Translations under genes and position numbers: made by a program
In this document: positions 44,519 through 54,189 of the stretch, piece by piece
Numbering within the stretch: position 1 is the stretch's first letter
How the letters are laid out: every line of letters starts with the position of its first letter
The notes under the pieces: generated by a model
The model's input: only the letters and a program-made list of their open reading frames with translations
The model's database searches: none
What the model was told of the DNA's origin: nothing
Virus record (IMG/VR): IMGVR_UViG_3300042392_000853
Location: 573 to 64,572 of that record
Origin: a virus
Lineage: Duplodnaviria; Caudoviricetes
DNA: 64,000 nt
Reading direction: 5' to 3' (one strand)

Positions 44519-46453
44519 TCAGTCCCCCTTCTGATAGCGATACGTCTCAAACCCCGCTGCGGCGAGGGGCAGGCCGACCGACCACTGAGTGCCCTGCGAC
44601 ATGAGCGCGGCCAGGCCCTCCGCACTGAACGCCGGATCGTCCGGCGTCTCGCAGATGATCTCGTCGTGGACGTGCAGCACAGGGCCGTAGCCCGCCGCCT
44701 CCGCCGCGAGCAGGCCGGCGGCGAGGACGTCGCGGGCGGTGGCCTGTGTCAGGTTCTCCACAAGTTTTCCACCGTATGTGTCCAGCCGCTCCCAGCGTCG
44801 GGTGTATTGGTTGGTGCCCATGTAGGACAGGCGCCCGTCCTCGTCGACTTGCGGCGACGGGTAGCAGAGGTAGCGGCCTGACGGCAGGCGGGCGCGGAGC
44901 CAACCCCCGGAGCGTCGGAAGGCGATGCTGCTGGCCCGGTAGACCTCGCCCGGGTTGCTGATGGCGTTGCGGGCGGCGCGCTCGCAGTCGTACCAGAACT
45001 TGACCGTCGCCTTGTGCTTCGCGCGCCAAGCCTTGACGATCTCAAGCACCTTGGGCTCTGGCAGGTTGACGCCGTAGATCGCGCCCATTGCAGCGAACGC
45101 ACCGACGCTCCCCTGATAGCCGCAGGCCAACTCGGGCACCTTGCCGCTGACCTGCCGCTCGTCCTTCGTCACGTCGCCGGGGTCTTTGCCGAGGATGCCG
45201 CCCGCCGTGATCTTGTAGATGTCGTGCCCGACGCCGGCGTCAAACTCGCGGAAGGCGTCCAGCTTCCACTGCTCACCCGCCAGCCACGCCAGCACCCGCC
45301 CCTCGATGTTGGACAGGTCGGCCACGACCAGTTTGCAGCCCGGCGCCGCGACGATAGACCCGCGCACCGCGCTGGCGCACAACTCCATGACGTCGTCGTA
45401 GAACACCGTCTCGACGCCCACCTTCATGGCCTCGATGCCGGTGTCGATCTGCGGCTGCTTCAAGGTCGGTCGCGGTAGGTTCTGCGGCTGGAATAACCTT
45501 CCGCCCCACCTCGCCGTGCGTGACGCCCCGGCATATTGCATGGTGCCCCGCAGCCGCCTGTCGGACGAGGTGCCGTTCACCAGCACCCGATACTTGGCCG
45601 GGCTGGTCGCCGCCGCTTGCAGGCGCACCTCCAGCAACTCGCGCACGTCATCCGGCACGTCGGTCTTGAGCAGGGCGCCCAGCGTGCCCTTGCGCAGGTC
45701 GTCAATCTCCAAGCCCATCGTGTCGCGCAGGTAGTTGATCAGAGCGTCCCGCTGTGTGGCGCTGGGCACGGCGCCGTTCGTCATCAGCGCCGACTCCACC
45801 GCCAGTCGCTGACCCGCCTCCTTGGCGGCGCGCAGGGCGGCGTGGGCCAGGTCCATGTCGATCTGGATGCCGCGGTCGTTGATGGCTTGGTCCAGCCGCC
45901 ACACGGCCTTCTCGGCGTCGGTCCAGTTGACCTTGGGCTGGCGCTTGTAGACCTCGCGCATGGCGACGATGTCCATGCGGGCGTATTCCTTGAACGCCTC
46001 CCACTCCGCCGGGTGCGTCTCCTTCGTGGCCCGGCGCAGCTTGCGCGTCTTGGCCTGCGGCTTGCAGAACAGTTGGATCAGCTTCTTGCCCGCCTTGTCC
46101 TTGGCCTTGTCCAGCGGGACGCCGAGGACCTCGCACTGCTTGTCAAGGGCGCCCGGCAGGCTGTGCAGCAGGCCCACGGCGAGGGTGTCGTAGATGCGCT
46201 CAACGGGCACGCGCACCTGACTGAACGACAGGACCGTGCGGTCGAAATGGCTGTTGTGAATGACGATCTGGTCGGCGGCGTCGATGAGCGACTGCATCAT
46301 GCCGGGGGTCGGGAACTCGACGACCTGGACCTCGTCGTCGTCGTCCCATGCGTAGGCCAGCAGCAGGATCTCCGCGTTCTCCGCATAGGCCCATGTGCCA
46401 TGCGTGATCGGCGTCTCGCTGTAGGTCTCAAGGTCAAGGTAGATGGTGCGCAT
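44519..46453 (-). CDS. polA: DNA polymerase, family A
   Basis: DLETYS 3'-5' exo, ADLSNIEGR motif A, RQ..K..L...Y motif B, HVHDE motif C. Confidence 0.93.
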   Translation of the reverse strand: MRTIYLDLETYSETPITHGTWAYAENAEILLLAYAWDDDDEVQVVEFPTPGMMQSLIDAADQIVIHNSHFDRTVLSFSQVRVPVERIYDTLAVGLLHSLPGALDKQCEVLGVPLDKAKDKAGKKLIQLFCKPQAKTRKLRRATKETHPAEWEAFKEYARMDIVAMREVYKRQPKVNWTDAEKAVWRLDQAINDRGIQIDMDLAHAALRAAKEAGQRLAVESALMTNGAVPSATQRDALINYLRDTMGLEIDDLRKGTLGALLKTDVPDDVRELLEVRLQAAATSPAKYRVLVNGTSSDRRLRGTMQYAGASRTARWGGRLFQPQNLPRPTLKQPQIDTGIEAMKVGVETVFYDDVMELCASAVRGSIVAAPGCKLVVADLSNIEGRVLAWLAGEQWKLDAFREFDAGVGHDIYKITAGGILGKDPGDVTKDERQVSGKVPELACGYQGSVGAFAAMGAIYGVNLPEPKVLEIVKAWRAKHKATVKFWYDCERAARNAISNPGEVYRASSIAFRRSGGWLRARLPSGRYLCYPSPQVDEDGRLSYMGTNQYTRRWERLDTYGGKLVENLTQATARDVLAAGLLAAEAAGYGPVLHVHDEIICETPDDPAFSAEGLAALMSQGTQWSVGLPLAAAGFETYRYQKGD

Positions 46454-46463
46454 GGCAAGGAGT

Positions 46464-46502
46464 GAGGGGCAGGACGGCAGGAGAAGGACCGCCCTGCCCC
46501 TC
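46464..46502. terminator. Intergenic hairpin between gapR and polA
   Basis: GAGGGGCAGG...CCTGCCCCTC. Confidence 0.4.
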
Positions 46503-46510
46503 TGGCTTCG

Positions 46511-46768
46511 CTAGATCAGATCAGCGCAGCCAAGCGCGTTGGCGTAGAGTTCGAGCATGGCTCGCTCCTCCAGCACCTTGTCGCGGTCCTTCTTGCGAAG
46601 GGCCACCAGTTTGCGAAGGGCCTTGGTGTCGAACCCATTGCCCTTGGCCTCGGCGTACACCTCCTTGATGTCCGCCGCGACTTGGCTCTTGTCCTCCTCC
46701 AGACGCTCGATGCGCTCGATGATGGACCGCAGTTGGTCGGGCGCCGCGGGGGTGTTGTGACCGATCAT
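46511..46768 (-). CDS. gapR: GapR/DUF2312 nucleoid-associated protein homolog
   Basis: [16 protein letters not shown]....[23 protein letters not shown]. Confidence 0.9.
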   Translation of the reverse strand: MIGHNTPAAPDQLRSIIERIERLEEDKSQVAADIKEVYAEAKGNGFDTKALRKLVALRKKDRDKVLEERAMLELYANALGCADLI

Positions 46769-47319
46769 CAGACGAAGTCCTCCTCGTCGTCCGCACCGAA
46801 CTCGTCAGCCGAAGCCGCCGACGAGCCGCCGAAGCGTTCGCCGTCCTCGTAGAACTTCACGCCGCGAAGCACGGCGTTGATGCGCCGGCCCCACTTCGGG
46901 CTGTCCTGCACGTAGATGTCCACGCTGGCGTGGACGTAGCAGCCGCCCTCGATCAGGTGGTCGGCCTCCGTGACCGGCTGGCCCTGACGGTCCAGCGCGG
47001 TGGGGCGCAGCTTCTCGGAGCGGGTGGACAGGAAGAAGTTGCCGTCGAAGCCGTCGTAGACGTCGCCGTTCTTGTTCTTGTACGGCCCCTCGGCCCACGC
47101 CGACTTCTTGTCGTCCATGAGTTGCTTGACGATGGTGTCGGCCTTGGCGCCCCACTTCTCCTTGGCCGCCGAGGCGATGGCCCCGCGGATCGCCGCCACG
47201 TTCGGGGAGGACGGGTCCACGATCAGCTTGGCGCCGTAGGCGGGCTTGTTGTCGCCGAAGGCTTGAGGCTGGAAGATGGCCGGGAAGGCCAGTCGCACGT
47301 TACGCAGTTGAACAATCAT
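46768..47319 (-). CDS. ssDNA-binding protein (DUF2815 / gp2.5-like)
   Basis: NVRLAFP.IF, GCYV.A, DGERFGG, acidic tail. Confidence 0.85.
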   Translation of the reverse strand: MIVQLRNVRLAFPAIFQPQAFGDNKPAYGAKLIVDPSSPNVAAIRGAIASAAKEKWGAKADTIVKQLMDDKKSAWAEGPYKNKNGDVYDGFDGNFFLSTRSEKLRPTALDRQGQPVTEADHLIEGGCYVHASVDIYVQDSPKWGRRINAVLRGVKFYEDGERFGGSSAASADEFGADDEEDFV

Positions 47320-47344
47320 GTCTCAGGTCTCTCGTTTCAGGTTG

Positions 47345-48538
47345 CTAGTCGAAGTCCGCCGCCGTGGCCCCGAGGGACAACGCCGGTTTCTTATCCGTGG
47401 CCGGGGCCACCGATGGCTTGCCCGGGGACCGCGTGACCAGGGCGTTGATGCGCTGGAGGCGGGCTGGGCTGTGCTTGAGCAACTTCTCCGCAGTCGTCGG
47501 AGAAATCAAGTCATATTCGTAAATCTCGCTGTTCTTGAAGCGCCAGGACTTCAGCAGCTTGGTGACGTCGTCCGGGTTGGACCACTTGCGGTTGCCCATC
47601 CGGCCCTCGACCAGCTTGTAGCCGGGCACGTCGGCGCCGGCGAACAGGCGCCGCTCTATCTCGCCGCGCACGGCCTTGCACCAGTCCTCGATCAGCCCGA
47701 CCTTCGCCATGGCGCCGGCGAGCCACTCGGGATCCACGTTGGCCAGGGTGCCGACGAACGCCTCGTCCACGTCGTCGAAGTCCTCCGCCGTCGCGCCGGT
47801 GATGGTGTCCAGCACCTCGTCCTTGAGCGCCGGGCACACGAAGCGGGCATCGCAGAACCGGCACTGCTTCTCGCCGGGATTGTAGGTCTGGTCGCCCGAC
47901 AGGATGCCCTGCACGACCGCCTTGGTGCTGTCGGCGAACGCCATGAGGTCGTCGTACGACAGGCTCCACCGGCTGACCGGGTTGTCGTTCTGCGCCCGGG
48001 GCTGGTGGATGATCAGGTCGAACTGCTCGAAGGGTCCGAGGAAGTCGAAACTGTGCATCGCGCCGAGGGCGTAGAGCATGAGTTGCTCGTTGGCCTCGGC
48101 GTTCACCAGCACGCCGGCGCCGTACTTGTAGTCGATCAGGGTCAGTCTGCCCTCGGCCACGACGATGGCGTCCGCTGTGCCGAAGGCGTCGGGCGCACCG
48201 ATGAACGGCGAGAACTCCACGCGCTGGTCGGCGAAGGCCCTGCCGTCCTCACCCATGGCGTCGAGGACTAGGTCGCGGAAGGCGAGGCCCCCATGGATCA
48301 TGGCGTCGGTGACAGGCCAATCGGTGTCGCCCACCCGCACGGTGGTGCCGCGCAGTTCGGCGAACGCCTCGTTGCCGCCCCAGTCCCCCAGCACGATGCG
48401 GTTCGCCACGTCGTGAGCGGCGGTGCCCTCGTCGGCGTAGGTCGAGGTGCGCGGCGGGACAGTCTCGCACAGGGCGAGGGACCCGGGGCAGCGCAGCCAG
48501 CGGTGGGCGGCGGAGGGGGAGAAGCGGGCGTGCTGCAT
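47345..48538 (-). CDS. DUF2800 Cas4-like PD-(D/E)XK nuclease
   Basis: HARFSPSAAHRWL.CPGS, FGTAD, IDYKYG, QLMLYALG, CRFC. Confidence 0.88.
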   Translation of the reverse strand: MQHARFSPSAAHRWLRCPGSLALCETVPPRTSTYADEGTAAHDVANRIVLGDWGGNEAFAELRGTTVRVGDTDWPVTDAMIHGGLAFRDLVLDAMGEDGRAFADQRVEFSPFIGAPDAFGTADAIVVAEGRLTLIDYKYGAGVLVNAEANEQLMLYALGAMHSFDFLGPFEQFDLIIHQPRAQNDNPVSRWSLSYDDLMAFADSTKAVVQGILSGDQTYNPGEKQCRFCDARFVCPALKDEVLDTITGATAEDFDDVDEAFVGTLANVDPEWLAGAMAKVGLIEDWCKAVRGEIERRLFAGADVPGYKLVEGRMGNRKWSNPDDVTKLLKSWRFKNSEIYEYDLISPTTAEKLLKHSPARLQRINALVTRSPGKPSVAPATDKKPALSLGATAADFD

Positions 48539-48729
48539 CACTCGTAGCCCTTCTTCGCCATCTCGTAGCCGCGCATCAGGTCGCTGAAGATGCGACCCAC
48601 CATGTCGGTGTCGTCCAACTCGCCGGAGCGAATCGGGCGGGCCATCAGGTTGGCGTGCGACTTGGACAGTCGCGACAGGGCGCGCTCCCGGGCCTCCATG
48701 CGCATCTTGTACTCGGTGTCGGGGGTCAT
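48538..48729 (-). CDS. Hypothetical protein, paralog of 58139-58408
   Basis: RPI..GELDDTD motif. Confidence 0.65.
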   Translation of the reverse strand: MTPDTEYKMRMEARERALSRLSKSHANLMARPIRSGELDDTDMVGRIFSDLMRGYEMAKKGYE

Positions 48730-49169
48730 CGCAGCGTCTCCGTTTGGTTGGACACGGCGGAAACATAGCCCGGGTCGCGCGACATGGAGTCCAGCGCATC
48801 GGCTATGACCTTCGGGTCGTTGTGTGTCTGCCAGACACGGTGAGCCGTTTGCGCTGCGTCTTTCAGACCCGCCTGCACGCCTCGGAGATAGGCGTCGCCG
48901 GCCTCCTTTCTGCGGTAGGCAACCAAGCGGTCGCCGTGAAACAGGCACTCATACTTGTCGGGGTCCGGGCGCCAAGCGGTGACACACGACCAATCATGCC
49001 CTCCGGCCCGACCGGATTTACTTTCCCCACGTGATGACCACCGACCGCCGCCGGGGTACGATCCGATCCGGTAAAACACGTCAACTTCCATGTCCATCGG
49101 GCACGGGCACGGCTTGCCGTAAAGGTGCTTACGCCAATCGTTGCCCTTGTAGTCGATCCAGTCACTCAC
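48726..49169 (-). CDS. Hypothetical protein
   Basis: Starts at the GGAGGCTGACCAGTG junction; MSDWID..PCP module. Confidence 0.65.
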   Translation of the reverse strand: MSDWIDYKGNDWRKHLYGKPCPCPMDMEVDVFYRIGSYPGGGRWSSRGESKSGRAGGHDWSCVTAWRPDPDKYECLFHGDRLVAYRRKEAGDAYLRGVQAGLKDAAQTAHRVWQTHNDPKVIADALDSMSRDPGYVSAVSNQTETLR

Positions 49170-49804
49170 TGGTCAGCCTCCTGCATCCGGTCCTCGTGCG
49201 CCGTGACGGCGTGCATGATGGTGGTGTGGTCAAGGCCGCCCATCCACTCCGCGATCTGCGGGTAGGAGAAGCGCGGCTTGCCACGCTCGTCCTTCGCCTG
49301 CCTCATGCGCCAGGCCACCTCCTGCCGGGCGTGAGCGATGTGCTTGATCCGGCTGGTACCCATGATGTCCACGATGGACACGCCACGAGTGACCGACACG
49401 TCGCGCATGACCTGTTGCAGGTACGCCTTGCCGGTGAGCGGCGGGTCCTTGGGGTTCAGGACCGACTGGCGCCCGCGCTCGTAGGCGGCGATCAGGGACT
49501 CGTAGTTCCGGCTTCCGAAACCAAGGTCCAAGTCGTCAAGGCCGAGTTGCCTGAGCCTCTCGTACGTGGCGTTGAAACGGGCGACTGTCTGTTTGAAGTC
49601 GCAATCGTTCGGGGCGGGTGGTTCAGGTGAGGGCATCGCACCCCGCATAGCGGCGATTATGTTGGGCCACATGTCCTCGGGTGCGCCGCGAGCGGTGGTC
49701 AGGCCGAAGGTGGACAGCACGGCCTCGGCGGCGTAACGCCCCCTGCTATTGGCCAGCAACCGCACCGCGTCAACCACCTCGTCGTAGGTGACTGGCGTGG
49801 GCAT
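49166..49804 (-). CDS. Protein with a DnaA domain IV-like HTH
   Basis: DI.GTSR.K.IAHARQ.......FSYPQIA..MGGLDHTTIMHAV. Confidence 0.8.
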   Translation of the reverse strand: MPTPVTYDEVVDAVRLLANSRGRYAAEAVLSTFGLTTARGAPEDMWPNIIAAMRGAMPSPEPPAPNDCDFKQTVARFNATYERLRQLGLDDLDLGFGSRNYESLIAAYERGRQSVLNPKDPPLTGKAYLQQVMRDVSVTRGVSIVDIMGTSRIKHIAHARQEVAWRMRQAKDERGKPRFSYPQIAEWMGGLDHTTIMHAVTAHEDRMQEADQ

Positions 49805-50379
49805 CACATCGCACTCCGCACGGCGGCGATGATCTGCGGCCACATGTCGGCGGGCGTGCCGCGGGCGGAGGTCAGGCCGAAGGTGGACAGCACGGCCTTG
49901 ACGGCGTCCGGCCCCTTCTCCTTGGCCAGGGCCAGCACCTCGCGGGACATGTCCTCGTAGGTGATGGGCTCAGAGGCAGGCGTCGCAGAACCAGACGCGG
50001 GCTCGTCCGACCCAGCTTCCGAGGTAGACGCCTGCGTTTCCACAGGCGCATCGACGGAAGGGACGGGCTCCTCCACGATAGGCGTCGTGACGGTGCTCTC
50101 GAAGATGGGCTCGGGGGTGGCGGTGGACGCCAGCATCTCCGGGGTGACGTGCTCCACCGCAACCGCCACGGCGGGCATACCCAAGCCGGCGGCCTCTGCG
50201 GCCTCCCGGCTGATCTGCGTCTCCACGATGGGCGCCGTGGCCTTGGTGCGGGTCGCGCGGGGCTTGGGGGCCTCGGCGGGGGTCCGCAAATCCAAATACT
50301 GGCCTTCGCCGGCGATCTGGCGGGCTTGGGACACGATCTCGGCCCAGTCAACGCCTTCCAGGGTGATGCTGATAGACAT
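49804..50379 (-). CDS. Pro/Ala/Glu-rich hypothetical protein
   Basis: AAGGAG RBS; C-terminal helical domain duplicated in the next gene. Confidence 0.75.
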   Translation of the reverse strand: MSISITLEGVDWAEIVSQARQIAGEGQYLDLRTPAEAPKPRATRTKATAPIVETQISREAAEAAGLGMPAVAVAVEHVTPEMLASTATPEPIFESTVTTPIVEEPVPSVDAPVETQASTSEAGSDEPASGSATPASEPITYEDMSREVLALAKEKGPDAVKAVLSTFGLTSARGTPADMWPQIIAAVRSAM

Positions 50380-50382
50380 GGT

Positions 50383-51699
50383 TCAGTTCTCCTTTTTGTA
50401 AGCCGCTTCAATGCGGCGGCAGGCAATCTCAAAGTAGTCGGGGTCACGCTCGATGCCGATGAACCGAAAGCCCTCCAGCATGGCGCCCTTGCCCGTCGAG
50501 CCAGAACCCATGAAGGGGTCCAGCACGACACCCCCGGGCGGGGTCACTAAGCGACACAGGTAACGCATCAACTCCGTCGGCTTGACGGTGGGGTGGTTAT
50601 TCTGCCTTGGCCCCCACCGACCATACGGGTTCCCGTCCTCGCCCTGTGCGGCTTTCTCCGTGTGGTTGGGGCGGAACTCGCTGGCCGCGCTCGCCTTGCG
50701 CTCCATGTCCTCCAAGCCCTCGTCGCGGTCGCGCTTGCTGGCCTTGGGGCAGTAGAAGAACCGGGCGGCGGAGCCAACGTCACCATAGCCGACCTCCTGT
50801 TCGCCGGTGACGCCAAGCCGACCCGCCATAGCCGAGGTCTCATGCTCCTTGCGCCGAACGCCCGGCTTGCCGCTCTTGGTGTCGGGGAAACAGGCCAGCA
50901 CTTCCTCGCTGCCATCGTGGATCAGGTTGGCGGGCCAGCGGCCAAGTGGCGACGAGCCGACCTGCTCGCCTGCGTAACCTCCAGCGTAAACATTCTTTGC
51001 CATCTTGGCCGACGACCACGTTCCCCCGCCGCCAAGCCGGGGGTCGTCAACGGAGGGGTCCGTCCCCACCCGACACCCGTCCACATTCAGCGCGCCCGTG
51101 CCGTAGGTCTGGACGTTCTCCGCCACCGTGCCGGTCAGGGGCTTGCGGGCGACCGTGATAGGCTCCAGGGCAGGCTTCAGGGCCGTGCCCCAGCCTTGCC
51201 ACTGGCGGGCGGCGTCTGTGGCGGGGGCGGTGATGGCGCCCGGGTTTCCGGCGTAGTCGCCATACGCCGGTGTGTCGACGGCGCGCGTCTGCTGTGTAGC
51301 CTTGCGGGTGTCAAACCCCACCACCTCGCGCTCCGCACCCGCCGCCTTGTCGATGGCCTTGCTCACGTCCAGCGACTTCGGAAACCCCGACCCATAGACC
51401 CAGGCGATCATGTCCCGGATCTCAAACCCGGCGTCTTCAATCCGCACGGCCATCCGGTGTTGGGTCCGCGTCCCGGCAAAGGCCAGCAGGTGAGCGCCGG
51501 GCTTCATGGCCTCCAGCACCGAGGCCCACAGCGCCTCGCTCGGCACATCGTAGTCCCACCGCTTGCCCATGAACGACAAGCCGTAGGGCGGGTCGGTGAC
51601 GACCGAGTCGACCAGGTCGCCCACGAACGGGAGGCCGGGCACGATCTCCAAGCTGTCGCCGCAATATAGCGTGGCGTCGCCGATCTGCTCAACCCTCAC
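50383..51699 (-). CDS. DNA methyltransferase (N6/N4, beta class)
   Basis: TDPPY, HPTVKP, VLDPFMGSGSTG; probable GTG start at 51699. Confidence 0.9.
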   Translation of the reverse strand: MRVEQIGDATLYCGDSLEIVPGLPFVGDLVDSVVTDPPYGLSFMGKRWDYDVPSEALWASVLEAMKPGAHLLAFAGTRTQHRMAVRIEDAGFEIRDMIAWVYGSGFPKSLDVSKAIDKAAGAEREVVGFDTRKATQQTRAVDTPAYGDYAGNPGAITAPATDAARQWQGWGTALKPALEPITVARKPLTGTVAENVQTYGTGALNVDGCRVGTDPSVDDPRLGGGGTWSSAKMAKNVYAGGYAGEQVGSSPLGRWPANLIHDGSEEVLACFPDTKSGKPGVRRKEHETSAMAGRLGVTGEQEVGYGDVGSAARFFYCPKASKRDRDEGLEDMERKASAASEFRPNHTEKAAQGEDGNPYGRWGPRQNNHPTVKPTELMRYLCRLVTPPGGVVLDPFMGSGSTGKGAMLEGFRFIGIERDPDYFEIACRRIEAAYKKEN

Positions 51700-51862
51700 A
51701 GTCGCACTCTTTGTAGCGGTATTCGTCCTGCAAGTTCTCGTACCTAACGGCCAACCCCTCAAAGCGGTCGACCAACTCCTGCACGAGCGGGTGGTCGAAC
51801 GCCTCGCGCACGCGCTCGATGAGCGCCTCGTCCTCAAGCCCTGCGGCCTGCAATCTCGTCAT
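51689..51862 (-). CDS. Small acidic protein (57 aa)
   Basis: Hand translation MTRLQAAGLEDEAL...; AAGGAG RBS. Confidence 0.6.
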   Translation of the reverse strand: MTRLQAAGLEDEALIERVREAFDHPLVQELVDRFEGLAVRYENLQDEYRYKECDCEG

Positions 51863-51924
51863 GTCGATTCTCCTTGGGCCACAGCGGCCCGGTAACAGTT
51901 ATCTAGGACTTAACAAGCAAGTTG

Positions 51925-53934
51925 TCACGCACAAAATTGCACGACGCCATGCTCCAGCATCAGCGGGGCGTCCTCGCCCTTCTGCAAGCTGCGCACGGCG
52001 CGCATCACGCTCTGCCGCCGGATGTCGCGGGCGCCCTCCTCGGGTGCCGGCACCGTGCCCACCACGTAGTCCAGCAGCTTGTCCAGCGACATGCTGGTGA
52101 CGCTGGGCTCCAAGAGGCCGATGGCGTCCATCACCACCTGCTCCCACGCCCCGAACCGCCGCTTGGCCGTCGGCTTCTGCGCCACCGGCACCGTAGCGTC
52201 CCGCACCACAAGGCTGCTCATCTCCTCGCCGTCGCGGTCAAGGCCGACCACCACAGGCTCCAAGGTGAAGCCCCACGACAGGTCGTCGCGACCGTCCTTC
52301 TGCTTGCTGACCCGCAGGACGCGCACCTGCCCCTCGTCGGGCCGCATGACCTCGAACTCGACGTCCGCGGCGGCGCGGATCCCGCTCCAGCCCCGGGCGC
52401 CCCGCGCCGCGTCCTTGCCGCTGTGGTGGACCAGCAGCACCATGGCGCCGGTCGCATCGCGGATGGCGCGGGCGTGACGCAGGGCCAGGCCCATATCCTC
52501 GCCGCTGTTCTCGTTCGCGCCGGGCGTGACCTGCGCGAAGGTGTCGACCACCACCAAGTCGGTCGGACCCGCCGCGGCCATGGCCTCGACCACAGCGGTG
52601 ATGTCCTCCTCGATCAAGAAGTTCGGCACGGCGTTCATAATGCCAAGCGGCACACCGTCGAGGCTCAGGCCCCGGTCGATGGCATACGCCTTGACGCGGC
52701 CCGCCACGCCCCCGCCGCCTTCAGCGGCGACGTAGAGCACGGCGCCCTGCTTGACAGGCCGCTCGCGCCAGTCGGCCCCGCGCGCCACGGCCAGGGCCAT
52801 GTCCAGCACGGCGAAGGACTTGCCGCTGCCGCTGGCGCCGTAGAGCACGCCGAGGTCGGCCCGGGGCAGGACGCCCTTGATGATCCACTCCGGCGGCTCG
52901 CGCATCATGTAGTCGCTGGCGGCGACGAACGGAAAGCGGCCCGGGTAGCCCGGCGGCGTGGCGTAAGAGGCGGACGGCTCGGCGACCTGCACCTTCTCCG
53001 CCAGCTTCTCCAGCCGCTCGGACGGGTTCTGCGCCTCGCGCGCCTCGCGGGCCATCTTGATGACCGACGCCATGGTGACCTGACGGCCCGTGGCCTGCCG
53101 GCGGGTGAACGAGTCCCATTGCGCCTGTAGCTGGTCGCTGCCGGGGTATTGCTCGCCGTCACTGGACCACTCGTCCCACAGGTCAAACCCGTCGCCCTCG
53201 GTCTCGTGGTGCAGGGCCATGCCGACGCGGATCCAGTCGTCGCGGCCCATGCTGGCGTCGAGGTCGGCCAGCAGCGCCCTGATCTCGTCCTCGCTCAGGC
53301 CAAGGGTCGGCTCGTGGCCGGCCATGAAGTCGTCGGGGTCGCTCGGGCCGGGGCCTTGCGGGCCGAACCGCGCATCACAGAAGGCCCGCAGCTTGGCGCT
53401 GACGGGCGCCACCACGTCGCCGGTGTCGAACAGGTCCACGGTATAGAGCGGGTTGCCTGTGACGGTGACGAAGCCGGAAGCGGTGAAGGTCTCGACGCCA
53501 TAGCGGTCGGCGATGGCGCGGCTCTTGCGGTCGCCCAGCGCCCCCTTGACGAAGGCCCGCACGCCCTTGCCGCTCGGGCTGTATTCCGCGTAGGTGTCGC
53601 AGACCAGCGCCTCCAGTTCGGCGGGCAGATGGCCGTGGGTGTCGACGCAGGCGTCGAAGTCCAGCGCCGTGACGCCCCAGTCGGCGAGCATGGCCAGACC
53701 CACGCCGTCCATGCCGCGGGCCTTGGCGCGCTCCAGGGCGCGCTCCAGAGGCACGAGGGAGGCGCGGTCGCGGGCGTCACCCTGCCGGCCATAGCGCCTG
53801 CCGCCATTGGCGTAGTAAGGCACCTTGATGGCCTTGCCGGAGCCCTCGATGCGCTCATACCGCCAGCACAGCCAGCCGGGCAGGTCGCGCAGCAGCGAGG
53901 GGACAGCGAGGCCCGGAGTCGGGCCAGCCATCAC
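51925..53934 (-). CDS. Primase-helicase (PrimPol-like + PriCT-2 + AAA_25)
   Basis: LDFD, EYSPSGKG, W..VGMALH..WDEWS, GASGSGKS, VVVDT, VHHSGK. Confidence 0.9.
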   Translation of the reverse strand: MMAGPTPGLAVPSLLRDLPGWLCWRYERIEGSGKAIKVPYYANGGRRYGRQGDARDRASLVPLERALERAKARGMDGVGLAMLADWGVTALDFDACVDTHGHLPAELEALVCDTYAEYSPSGKGVRAFVKGALGDRKSRAIADRYGVETFTASGFVTVTGNPLYTVDLFDTGDVVAPVSAKLRAFCDARFGPQGPGPSDPDDFMAGHEPTLGLSEDEIRALLADLDASMGRDDWIRVGMALHHETEGDGFDLWDEWSSDGEQYPGSDQLQAQWDSFTRRQATGRQVTMASVIKMAREAREAQNPSERLEKLAEKVQVAEPSASYATPPGYPGRFPFVAASDYMMREPPEWIIKGVLPRADLGVLYGASGSGKSFAVLDMALAVARGADWRERPVKQGAVLYVAAEGGGGVAGRVKAYAIDRGLSLDGVPLGIMNAVPNFLIEEDITAVVEAMAAAGPTDLVVVDTFAQVTPGANENSGEDMGLALRHARAIRDATGAMVLLVHHSGKDAARGARGWSGIRAAADVEFEVMRPDEGQVRVLRVSKQKDGRDDLSWGFTLEPVVVGLDRDGEEMSSLVVRDATVPVAQKPTAKRRFGAWEQVVMDAIGLLEPSVTSMSLDKLLDYVVGTVPAPEEGARDIRRQSVMRAVRSLQKGEDAPLMLEHGVVQFCA

Positions 53935-54143
53935 TCACCCGTCAGCGCATGGACCATCTTGCGGACGGCGGGGGACACGAGGGCGATGCCCGGCACGCCG
54001 GAGATTTCCGCGATCTGCATGGCGCGCTTCGGCGGGGCATAGCCCTGCGAAGCCCACAGGCAGACGGCTTGGTGGGTCACGGCGAGGCGGCGGGCCAGAG
54101 CGGCCTTGCCGCCCACGGCCTCAATAGCGGTGTCGATGTTCAT
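53931..54143 (-). CDS. Cro/YdaS-like HTH regulator
   Basis: AIEAVGG.AALARRL.VT.QAV..W..G..P..RA. Confidence 0.85.
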   Translation of the reverse strand: MNIDTAIEAVGGKAALARRLAVTHQAVCLWASQGYAPPKRAMQIAEISGVPGIALVSPAVRKMVHALTGE

Positions 54144-54189
54144 CGTAGTCTCCTTGAGCGGCGAAGGTAAACGCTTGCGTTGCGGGGCG

